In this document: positions 9,513-18,600 of the stretch, in pieces
Position numbering within the stretch: position 1 is the stretch's first letter
How the letters are laid out: every line of letters starts with the position of its first letter
Translations under genes and position numbers: made by a program
Source: a virus
IMG/VR virus record: IMGVR_UViG_3300027741_000040
Location: 1-64,000 of that record
DNA: 64,000 nt
Reading direction: 5' to 3' (one strand)
Notes under the pieces: generated by a model
What the model was told of the DNA's origin: nothing
Databases searched by the model: none
The model's input: only the letters and a program-made list of their open reading frames with translations

Positions 9513-10784
9513 ATGGCCAATAATAGAATCTATTACGCTTCTCAAACAGTTCAATTAAGACCACAAGATGCTACTACTACTTATTTTCCTTATTGGTATC
9601 AGCCGCTAGGATTACAAAGTGTGGGAATGAACACCTCATTTAATTTGCAACAAGCATTTCAACTAGGAACTGTAGAATTATATGAAAATATAGAAAATGT
9701 TCCTAATGTTGAAGTAACAATAAATAAAGTAATAGATAATACTGCTCCATTATATGCTATGTGCATGGGGGGTAGTGCCGGTGTTGACGGAGCATTTGAT
9801 CAAGATCTAGGATCATTAGTAAATAATAGAGTTAATTTTAGATTAGGAATTTTTGAGGATAATAAACAGTATGTTAGCTCAACAGCAAAAAGTCATGTTG
9901 TTTGTAGCGGTATGTATCTATCAAGATTTAATTATACTCTTCCAATTGACGGTAATGGTAGCGAAGAAGTAACACTAGTTGGTAATCATAAAATATGGAA
10001 TACTGGATCTTTTCTTGGTCAAAACAGTTATGGTTTCACTGCCTCTGATATATTTAGTCCTTCTAAGGTAGTTGGAGTTATAACTCCCACCAAAACTAGT
10101 GGTGTTGTTACTCGTCAGTATGTTAATATTTTAGATTCTGTTTTACCAGTTGGTAGTGGTGGTATCAAAAGACCAAACTCTAATGGTGGTGATCAAACAG
10201 GAGCAACCTCTCTACCCCATTTTCAGAGTATCACGGTGAGTGCTGATCTAGGAAGAGAAAATATTAATGAATTAGGTAAGTTTAGTCCATATTGTAGATA
10301 TACCACATTCCCAATCGAAGTTACTAGTGAATTTCAAGTAGTATCAGTAGAGGGCGACTACATTACTGCTAAAGATTTTTACTTAGAAGACTTCTGTGGT
10401 CAATCTAAAACAAATCTTAAAAAACATAATATTAAAATACATCTAAATTCTTCCAACGCTGCAACTAGTTGTGATCAAGGAATGATTTTGGATCTTGGTA
10501 ATAAAAATGTATTAACTAGTGTTAATCATACTGGAGGAGATACTGGCGGAGGTAATGTTACTGTAACTTATAGTTTCCGTAATTTCAATAATTTTAAAAT
10601 TAGCGCTAGTGGAACATATGCTGATGGTATTGCTATAGCGGCTTCTAATGGAACAGTAAGTGCTTTGGATTATAAAGAAGATAGTCAACAAGTTAGCCCA
10701 CAGCCTAGCCAACCCGATAAGGTCTCCTTACTAAATACTGAAACTATCGACTCTAACTATACTGGAGATACTGATAATGTCTAA
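9513..10784 (+). CDS. Major tail tube-like protein, paralog 1
   Basis: GGAG RBS. Shares NRIYYASQ, LQSVG, VPNVEVTINK, LGRENINELG, FPIEVTSEFQV and LTSVNxTGGDTGGGN with the next two genes; lies between the terminator-like and chaperone/TMP genes. Confidence 0.65.
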   Translation: MANNRIYYASQTVQLRPQDATTTYFPYWYQPLGLQSVGMNTSFNLQQAFQLGTVELYENIENVPNVEVTINKVIDNTAPLYAMCMGGSAGVDGAFDQDLGSLVNNRVNFRLGIFEDNKQYVSSTAKSHVVCSGMYLSRFNYTLPIDGNGSEEVTLVGNHKIWNTGSFLGQNSYGFTASDIFSPSKVVGVITPTKTSGVVTRQYVNILDSVLPVGSGGIKRPNSNGGDQTGATSLPHFQSITVSADLGRENINELGKFSPYCRYTTFPIEVTSEFQVVSVEGDYITAKDFYLEDFCGQSKTNLKKHNIKIHLNSSNAATSCDQGMILDLGNKNVLTSVNHTGGDTGGGNVTVTYSFRNFNNFKISASGTYADGIAIAASNGTVSALDYKEDSQQVSPQPSQPDKVSLLNTETIDSNYTGDTDNV

Positions 10785-12033
10785 TAAAAGAATTTTTTAT
10801 GCTTCACAAAGCGTTCATCTACAACCAGTAAGTACCGGAACCGAAGGCAACTATAGAAAGCCTAGTGATTTCGTAAGATACGGGGACGGAAACTGGATTC
10901 TTCCCAGAGGCTTACAGAGCGCTGGGATTAGTACCACTTTTAATAGTACTCCAGTTTCTCAACTAGGTACACTACAAATATACTCTCAAACAGAAAGTGT
11001 TCCTCAGGTTGAAGTTACTCTCAATAAAGTTCTAGATGGAACCGCTCCACTATATTGTTTATGTACTGCTGGAATTGATACTGATGATCATACCAAGTTA
11101 ATAGCATGCAATAAAAATCTAACAGAAATTACTAATAATATGGTAAATGTTAGATTTGCAGTATTTCCTGATACTGTCTCTAACGCTACTGGAGTAGCAC
11201 AAAGCTATACATTATGTAGTGGTATGTATCTCTCCAGAGTAAACTATACATTTCCTGTTGAAGGAACAGCTAGCGAAGAAGTAACACTAGTAGGATCTAG
11301 TAAAGTGTGGGGAAACAGCCTTACTATCCCATCCACACCAAGTAATATCTTAACAGACGATAATGCAACTCCTCAAGGTAGTGGTGCTGATTATGTTGTC
11401 AGAAGACAGTTTATTGCTTTGACCGGTGGTGATAGTTATACTTATCCTACCAGAAACAATGATGGTAAAATTGATCTTAGTAATTTAGGATCTTTAGTTA
11501 ACGCTAGTATTCTACCAACCGGCAAAGGAGGAATTCCTCTTGAAAACGGACAAACCAATTCTAAACTTAAAGTTCCAATGATTCAGAATATTACAGTTAG
11601 TGCCAATTTGGGAAGAGAAAATATTAATGAATTAGGATTTTTTGGTCCATATTATAAGTATACAACTTTCCCAATTGAAGTTACTAGTGAGTTTCAAGTT
11701 ATTTCTACTAGTGGAGACTTGGTAAACGCTAACGACTTCAATAACTTTAATGGTTGCGCCAGTACTGATTATCGCAATCTAGAAGATAAAGAAATCGCTA
11801 TCAAAGTTTGTGGATTAACTAGTAGCGACTATATGATTATTGATCTTGGCAAAAAGAATAAATTAACTAGTGTAAACTACACTGGCGGAGATACCGGCGG
11901 AGGTAATGCTACAACTACTTTTAGTTTTCAGACATTTAATAAACTAAATATCATACCAACTGGTGTTTATGCTAAGTACAAGACATTCTCTGATGGATCT
12001 AGTCCAGACGCAACAGTTTCCTCATTAACATAA
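10777..12033 (+). CDS. Major tail tube-like protein, paralog 2
   Basis: Same conserved motifs as the flanking paralogs. Confidence 0.65.
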   Translation: MSNKRIFYASQSVHLQPVSTGTEGNYRKPSDFVRYGDGNWILPRGLQSAGISTTFNSTPVSQLGTLQIYSQTESVPQVEVTLNKVLDGTAPLYCLCTAGIDTDDHTKLIACNKNLTEITNNMVNVRFAVFPDTVSNATGVAQSYTLCSGMYLSRVNYTFPVEGTASEEVTLVGSSKVWGNSLTIPSTPSNILTDDNATPQGSGADYVVRRQFIALTGGDSYTYPTRNNDGKIDLSNLGSLVNASILPTGKGGIPLENGQTNSKLKVPMIQNITVSANLGRENINELGFFGPYYKYTTFPIEVTSEFQVISTSGDLVNANDFNNFNGCASTDYRNLEDKEIAIKVCGLTSSDYMIIDLGKKNKLTSVNYTGGDTGGGNATTTFSFQTFNKLNIIPTGVYAKYKTFSDGSSPDATVSSLT

Positions 12034-12052
12034 TAAATCGTGGGAGAGAATA

Positions 12053-13129
12053 ATGGGTAATAAAAATAGAGTATTTTACGGCTCACAGGTAGCTCAAGTT
12101 AAACCAGCAACCACAGGAATGTACTATGGTTCTTGGTATCAGCCTCTGGGTGTTCAAAGTGTTGGCATGAATACAACCTTTGATACTCAGCAAACATTTC
12201 AATTAGGCTCCCTTGATCTGTATAATATTTCCGAAAACGTTCCTAATGTTGAAGTGACCATCAACAAACTATTAGACGGAACTGCCCCACTATATCTTAT
12301 GTGTATGGGAGGAAAAAGTGGCATTGCTGGAGCAAATTGCACCTCATTTGATAATACTGAAACTAATCTTAAGGGATTTGGTGGACTAGCTAGTAATAGT
12401 GTTGATTTTAGACTAGGCATTTATGACGGTATTGATACATCATCAACAGGAACCACAAATGATTTTGTGAAATGCGAGAGAATGTATGTGTCTCGTTTGA
12501 ATTATACTTTTCCAATAGATGGTAATGGTACTGAAGAAGTAAGCTTAGTTGGCAATAATAAGCTTTGGAGTAAGAATGATGGTTTAGGTACTATGACAGG
12601 GTATTCGTTTACTCCAGAAACACTCAAAGCGTCAAGATTAGCCAGAAGACAATTTATTGATATTTCTAGTTCAACATTGCCAATTGCTAGTGGAGGAATG
12701 CCAACAGGAGTTAGTGCAACCCATTTACAAAGTATTACTATTAGTGCTAATTTGGGAAGAGAGAATATCAACGAACTCGGAGCATTTGCACCAAGAACCA
12801 GATATGCTACTTTTCCAATTGAAGTTACTAGTGAATTTCAAGTGGTTGCCACAGAAGGAGACTATGTTGATGCTAAAGACTTTTTGTCTCAGAGCGGATG
12901 CTCTATCATGTATAAAAATTTAGCCATGCTTCCTATTCAAATTAATGTTTGTGGAGGAGAATCGTCTAATTTGCAGATTTTCTTAGGATCGGGTAACCAG
13001 CTAACGTCAGTGAATTATACCGGTGGAGATACTGGTGGAGGAAATGCCACAGTAACATATAGTTTTAGAAACTATAATGATTTCTACATGAAAGCAACTA
13101 ATGTTTATGCTAGTGGAGCAACTGTCTAA
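12053..13129 (+). CDS. Major tail tube-like protein, paralog 3
   Basis: Same conserved motifs; shortest of the three (358 aa). Confidence 0.65.
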   Translation: MGNKNRVFYGSQVAQVKPATTGMYYGSWYQPLGVQSVGMNTTFDTQQTFQLGSLDLYNISENVPNVEVTINKLLDGTAPLYLMCMGGKSGIAGANCTSFDNTETNLKGFGGLASNSVDFRLGIYDGIDTSSTGTTNDFVKCERMYVSRLNYTFPIDGNGTEEVSLVGNNKLWSKNDGLGTMTGYSFTPETLKASRLARRQFIDISSSTLPIASGGMPTGVSATHLQSITISANLGRENINELGAFAPRTRYATFPIEVTSEFQVVATEGDYVDAKDFLSQSGCSIMYKNLAMLPIQINVCGGESSNLQIFLGSGNQLTSVNYTGGDTGGGNATVTYSFRNYNDFYMKATNVYASGATV

Positions 13130-13183
13130 GAGAAAATAAGAAAAATATTAAGGAATATTGTTTTAGGACCTAGGATTACAAAA

Positions 13184-13348
13184 ATGGAAGAACTGTTAAT
13201 GATAATAGGAAAATTGTATGTGGACATATACCAAACTCAAAAGTATATGGATTCTATACAACAGCAACTAAAAGAAAAGGATAATGAGATACTATCTCTT
13301 AAACAAAAACTTAGTGCAAAAGATAGAATAGATGGTAATGATAAATGA
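13184..13348 (+). CDS. Small coiled-coil protein (54 aa; not in the ORF track)
   Basis: Translated by hand: MEELLMIIGKLYVDIYQTQKYMDSIQQQLKEKDNEILSLKQKLSAKDRIDGNDK*. AGGA upstream; fills the gap between genes. Confidence 0.6.
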   Translation: MEELLMIIGKLYVDIYQTQKYMDSIQQQLKEKDNEILSLKQKLSAKDRIDGNDK

Positions 13349-14348
13349 TATCGAATCAGACCTATACAGGATTTTATCTGGTAAATTAATTTTTTTATAC
13401 CAAAATAAGGAATATGAACTAAGGAGCCAAGATCCTATAACTAAATATAAAGCTAATTTAATTTTTCAGTCTATCATTAATGATGAAAAATATAATGATT
13501 GGATGAGAGCTGAATATTTAGATAATTATATGACTTCTTTAGGAATGTGGGATAGGGACATGACAGCATTTATGAAAAATTCAGAAAAAGCAATAGATGA
13601 CCTAAAGGTTTCTTTATACAATAGTAGATTTAATAGCAAACAAACTGAAAGCACACGAAGAAGTTTATCTTCTATTAGAGATAGAATCAATAAGCTTTCT
13701 GAAAAAAGAAGCTCATTCTATAATAATACATTAGAGGGATATGCAGAAGGAATTAAGTACGAGTATTTAATTACTAATACTTTATATCACAATGATAAAA
13801 GAGTATTTAAAAATTTCACATCTGATCAAAATTCATATACAGAATTTACAGGATTAATTAATGAGATCAACAAGCATCTTTTGAATGCCTCTATATATCG
13901 AAAAATATCAAGATCAGAATTATGGAAGTCTTATTGGACAATTGGTAAATCAAATGTTTTTAATAAAGCGATTATTGATTGGACAGATGAACAGAGGAGC
14001 TTAGCTAGTTTTAGTATAATGTATGATAGTGTTTATGACCATCCAGAAAAACCAACAGATAGTGTAATTAATGATGATGATTCATTAGATGGATGGATGA
14101 TACTACAATATAGGAATGCAGAAAAGTCTAAACAGCAGGAACAAATTACTAAGGGTAGTTCGCAAATGGCTAAGGCTCAGGAAGTGTTCATATTTACGGA
14201 CAATACAGAAGGAGCCGAACAAATAATGGAAATGAATTCTTCTGATGGTATGGCAACCATGAAAGAAAGATTTCGTACTATTAATAAAGTCGGCAATGTT
14301 AGTCAGCAATCACTACCAGACGTTTACGAGTCTTTAAATCCAAACTAA
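13332..14348 (+). CDS. Putative tail assembly chaperone, long paralog
   Basis: Helical; N-terminal half aligns with 14650-15546; lies between the tube genes and the TMP. Confidence 0.5.
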   Translation: MVMINDIESDLYRILSGKLIFLYQNKEYELRSQDPITKYKANLIFQSIINDEKYNDWMRAEYLDNYMTSLGMWDRDMTAFMKNSEKAIDDLKVSLYNSRFNSKQTESTRRSLSSIRDRINKLSEKRSSFYNNTLEGYAEGIKYEYLITNTLYHNDKRVFKNFTSDQNSYTEFTGLINEINKHLLNASIYRKISRSELWKSYWTIGKSNVFNKAIIDWTDEQRSLASFSIMYDSVYDHPEKPTDSVINDDDSLDGWMILQYRNAEKSKQQEQITKGSSQMAKAQEVFIFTDNTEGAEQIMEMNSSDGMATMKERFRTINKVGNVSQQSLPDVYESLNPN

Positions 14349-14363
14349 TATAAGAGTAGACAA

Positions 14364-14648
14364 ATGACACAAATAGACAAGATCATAGCAGATATTGAAA
14401 CAAAATTTAAAACAACCATGATTGGTTCTTTGGCTAGGTTTGAAGAGTCTTTTGGACATCTATGGGAGGAAGAAGGCCCAGATCAACAAGAATATTTGGA
14501 CCTTTGGGAATATACCAGAAATTCAGTACTGAATAATGGTAATAAGCAAATGAGAGCGGCAGTTAATGATATATCCAATACTTTTTTAAACTCACCAAAA
14601 TCTAAAGTTACCTATAGATTTAATTACAGGAACGAAGGAGATCAATAA
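14364..14648 (+). CDS. Hypothetical protein (94 aa)
   Basis: Tightly packed ORF in the tail operon. Confidence 0.6.
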   Translation: MTQIDKIIADIETKFKTTMIGSLARFEESFGHLWEEEGPDQQEYLDLWEYTRNSVLNNGNKQMRAAVNDISNTFLNSPKSKVTYRFNYRNEGDQ

Positions 14649-14649
14649 T

Positions 14650-15546
14650 ATGAAGACTAAGACTTTTACCGGAGTGGTTGATGGCAAGGATAGAGAATTT
14701 CTAGTTAAGTCACCATCACTAAATGACCAAAGAGAAGCTCAAAAAGTTTATAATCAGGCTTTTACAGATGCTATTAAGAGCAAGAGTGTAGTAAGAGCCA
14801 AGCTAGATGATCTGCTACAAGATCAAGGACTATGGAACGATGAGAAACAGGCTAAGTTTACATCTTTACAAAGAGATCTTTTAGACGGAGAAAAGAGGCT
14901 TGCTAAGGGCGGATTTAGTTTGAATGAGGCCAAAGACCTTGCTATTAAAATGAAAGCCGTACGAGATGAAATCAGAGACCTTATCAGTGTTCGTACCTCT
15001 CTAGACAACCATAGCGCAGAAGGCCAAGCAGATAATGCTAGATTTAATTATTTAGTTAGTGTTTGTGTGGTGTATAATGATACTAAACAGCCATATTTTA
15101 GAGACATGGAAGACTACCTTAATAGGGCTGCTGAACCAGTTTCGTTATCGGGCGCTCAGAATTTGGCTAATATGTTATATGGTTTGGATAATGATTATGA
15201 AAAGGGTCTGCCAGAAAATAAATTTCTGAAAAAGTATAATTTTGTTGATGACAAACTAAGACTAATTGATAAAAAGGGCAGACTTATTGATAGTGACGGT
15301 AGACTTATTGATGATAGTGGCAGGTTTATTGACGAGGAAGGGAATTTTGTTGATAAGTACGGCAATAGAGTAAACTTAGAGGGTGATTATGTTGTTGATA
15401 CTAAACCATTTTTAGACGATAATGGAAACCCAATCCTGGACCAAGAAACTAATGATAAACCTTCTACAGACAACAAATCAGAAACTAGTGCAGAGCCAGT
15501 TGTGGCCGATGTTGCAAAAGCTGAAGTCCCTAGCGTTGTCTCATAG
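14650..15546 (+). CDS. Putative tail assembly chaperone with C-terminal 7-aa RLIDxxG repeats
   Basis: GAAGGAG RBS; immediately upstream of the TMP; paralog of 13332-14348. Confidence 0.55.
   Translation: MKTKTFTGVVDGKDREFLVKSPSLNDQREAQKVYNQAFTDAIKSKSVVRAKLDDLLQDQGLWNDEKQAKFTSLQRDLLDGEKRLAKGGFSLNEAKDLAIKMKAVRDEIRDLISVRTSLDNHSAEGQADNARFNYLVSVCVVYNDTKQPYFRDMEDYLNRAAEPVSLSGAQNLANMLYGLDNDYEKGLPENKFLKKYNFVDDKLRLIDKKGRLIDSDGRLIDDSGRFIDEEGNFVDKYGNRVNLEGDYVVDTKPFLDDNGNPILDQETNDKPSTDNKSETSAEPVVADVAKAEVPSVVS
15241..15435 (+). repeat. Coding 21-bp/7-aa tandem repeats (R/N-L/F-I/V-D-x-x-G)
   Basis: RLIDKKG RLIDSDG RLIDDSG RFIDEEG NFVDKYG NRVNLEG. Confidence 0.85.
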
Positions 15547-15580
15547 ATTTTATAGTACGGTCTCTAAATATCCACTTACC

Positions 15581-15626
15581 AAAGTAGCATCAGTGAATAA
15601 TAACTATTCATTGGTGCTATTTTTTT
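15581..15626 (+). terminator. Rho-independent terminator-like hairpin directly upstream of the TMP
   Basis: TAGCATCAGTGAATA-ATAAC-TATTCATTGGTGCTA (15-bp stem with 2 G-U pairs) followed by T7. Confidence 0.7.
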
Positions 15627-15637
15627 AGGAATAACAA

Positions 15638-18600
15638 ATGACAGCAGCATTCAATTTAACAGCTCAATTGAATTTGAAAGGCCCAAGTAATATTGGGTCT
15701 ATAACATCGTCTATAAAAAAACAACTTGGTACAATTACTGCTAATGTTGACGTTAAGGTTAATGCTACCTCAATACAAAAAATTAGTCAGCTTAATGCTG
15801 GATTACAACAACTTAACAAGACATTATCGGCAACAACAGTTAGTGCAACATCTGCTGCCTCTGCTATTAAAGGATTAGGTCAGGCTTTTGGTGCTGTTAA
15901 TTTGAGTAGTTTGCCACAACAAATTTCAGCCACTTCAACAGCCCTAGGTCAAGTAAAGGGCCAGTCCGCTCAAGCTGCTAAAGCACTAGCTGCTTCAACT
16001 ACACAGATGGAAGAATTTGGCAAACAATCAGCATTAGCTGTTAGAAGATTTGCTGCTTTTAGTATTGTTACATCTAGTATTTATGCTTTAAATAATAGTA
16101 TAAATAGAGGTATAGAAGCTTTTATCGAATATGATCAGCAGTTTGTCAAACTGCAACAGGTTACAGGACAATCAGCAGATGGTCTAAAGTCCCTATCTAA
16201 AGAAATTACAACATTATCTGTAGGACTTGGTGTGAGTAGTGCTGCTTTAACAGATGTTGCTAGTACTTTAGCTCAGGCTGGTTTAAGTGCTCAAGACACA
16301 GAGAAAGCACTTAAAGCACTAGCCTTAAGTTCATTAGCTCCATCATTTGATAGTATGAATGAGACTGTAGAGGGCAGCATTGCAATAATGAGACAATTTG
16401 GTATTAGTGCTGGTGGTCTTGAAGGAGCATTAGGATCTATAAATACCGTTGCTGCTAAGTTTGCTGTTGAAGCTAGAGACATAATTACTGCTGTTCAGCG
16501 TACCGGTGGTGTGTTTGCTACGGCCAGTAAAGGAGTTACTGAAGGTACAGATGCTCTTAATGAATTTGTTGCTGTTTTTACAAGTATCAGAGCAACAACT
16601 CGTGAAAGCGCTGAAACTATTGCTACTGGTTTAAGAACAATTTTTACTAGAATTCAAAGAGGATCAACAATAGATGCCTTAAAGGAATTTGGAGTAAATC
16701 TACAAGATACTGAAGGAAAATTTGTTGGAGCCTATAAGGCCGTGGAACTATTAAGTAAAGGACTAAGTAGTCTCGATCCTAGAGATGCTAAGTTCTCAAA
16801 AATTGTAGAAGAGCTTGGCGGCTTCAGACAGATAGGTAAGGTTATTCCTCTTATTCAACAGTTTTCCGTTGCTCAAAATGCTTTAAAGGTCGCACAACAA
16901 GGACAAGGATCATTAGCAAAAGACGCAGCAACCGCACAACTGTCTTTAGCAAATCAAATTCAAAAAGTTAGACAAGAATTCTTGGCGCTATTTAGAGAGA
17001 TGGGACAAAGCCAAGGGTTTCAGGTTATGGTCAAAGCAACCTTATCATTAGCCAGTGGTCTTATTAAGGTTGTTAATGCTAGTAAGGGACTGCTTCCTCT
17101 TTTGGGCGTAATGTTAGCATTTAAGGGAGCTAGTGCCATAACTCAATTTGCTAGCGGTTTTGGCCAAGGACTAAAACCAGGAGCGGGCAAAAAAGACAGA
17201 GAAAAACCATTGTTCTCTCAAGGTGGTCCCGTAAGAGCCTTTGCTACCGGTGGCGTTGTACCAGGAAGCGGAGACGGAGACACTGTTCCCGCAATGTTAA
17301 CTCCTGGAGAATTTGTTATTAAAAAGCAAGCTGTTAAAGCTATTGGAGCTAATAAATTACATAGTATAAATAGATATGCTACTGGTGGTAAAGTTAAAGA
17401 TTTAGTTAATGATCCTAATGGTAAAAAATCTCTTAAAAAAGTCTATGATATAAATCAAGATTTTGATAGTTATGAAGATCCTACAATAGATAGAGTAGAC
17501 TTGGACAAAACATATGATCAGTATACACAACAATCTAAACAGATTTGGTTAGAAGCTAATAAAAAATACAAACAAGATTTAGCCGAAGGATACAAGCCCC
17601 AAAAAGGAGATATCCCCAAATTAGCAAATGCATATATAAAAAGAGAAACTGGTGGACTAGCTCAGAATCTTGGATTCAAAGAACTAAGAGAGCCTCAGAC
17701 AGCTAAAAAATTAAATAAAATTCGTGGAGCTTTAGCTGAAAATGAAGTTAAGAAAAGATATAAATTAGGAAATCCTCTCGCTTTACAAGATGGGGCTGAT
17801 TTTTATGATGCTAAAAATGAAAGATTCGTAGAAATCAAAAACCAGAAAAAACAATTAAAAGATTCTACTCTGATATCAAAAACATTACTAGCATTCGCTG
17901 CGAGAAAAGGTAACAAGTTAAATAATCAACCAGATCATGTTCCTAGTTTAAAAATTCTTGCTGTTGAAGCTCCAAGTCCAGATAAATACGATGAATTTGA
18001 AGAAAAAAAACTTGGTGGAGTAATTAATAAAAGAGCTGTGCGAGCTGTTGAATCTAAAACTTTTAAGAACATGAATCAATATGCTGGAGGTGGAGCAGTA
18101 GTAGTTAGAGATAGAGCAAACACAGATGACACCACAAAGCTAGATGAAGGTCTAGGCCAAATGGTGAATCAAGCATCTAGACAGTTTGGTAAAAAGGGAG
18201 CTCCTAAATTTATAAATGCCAAAGACATGCCAGGGTATCAAGCTATCAAAGGACATGTATTTGAAGAAGGATTGCGAATAGCTGGAGCATCGGCAGCAGA
18301 TAGTGCTGCTAATGCAGATTTTGATTATAATCCATGGTCTGGTAATAAGTCTTTTAGTAAACTTCCAGTATCAAAAACACCAATTGTAGACGCAAAAGCA
18401 TCTCTAGGTTCGGCCAGTAAAGCAGAGTTTATTAAAAAAATTAGTAATTTTAGACAGAAGAATCCAAACGATAATACCACAAATTTCGGCGCGGCAATAT
18501 TTGAAAATGAAAATGAAAAAGGAGGAGATCCAGAAGATATAAAGATTTCTGCAAAAGAAATAGCAGCATACGGCCAAAGTAAAAATAGTGGTGGTTTGAT

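Noticed and set aside
9513-13129. Contractile sheath genes or an eCIS/T6SS locus
   Set aside because: No sheath, baseplate wedge (gp25/J) or PAAR motifs recognised; the TP901-type TMP and neck genes fit a non-contractile phage tail.
15422-15628. Programmed frameshift extension (gpGT-like) of the chaperone
   Set aside because: The ORF is in the +1 frame, has no convincing slippery site, barely extends past the stop, and runs through the terminator hairpin.
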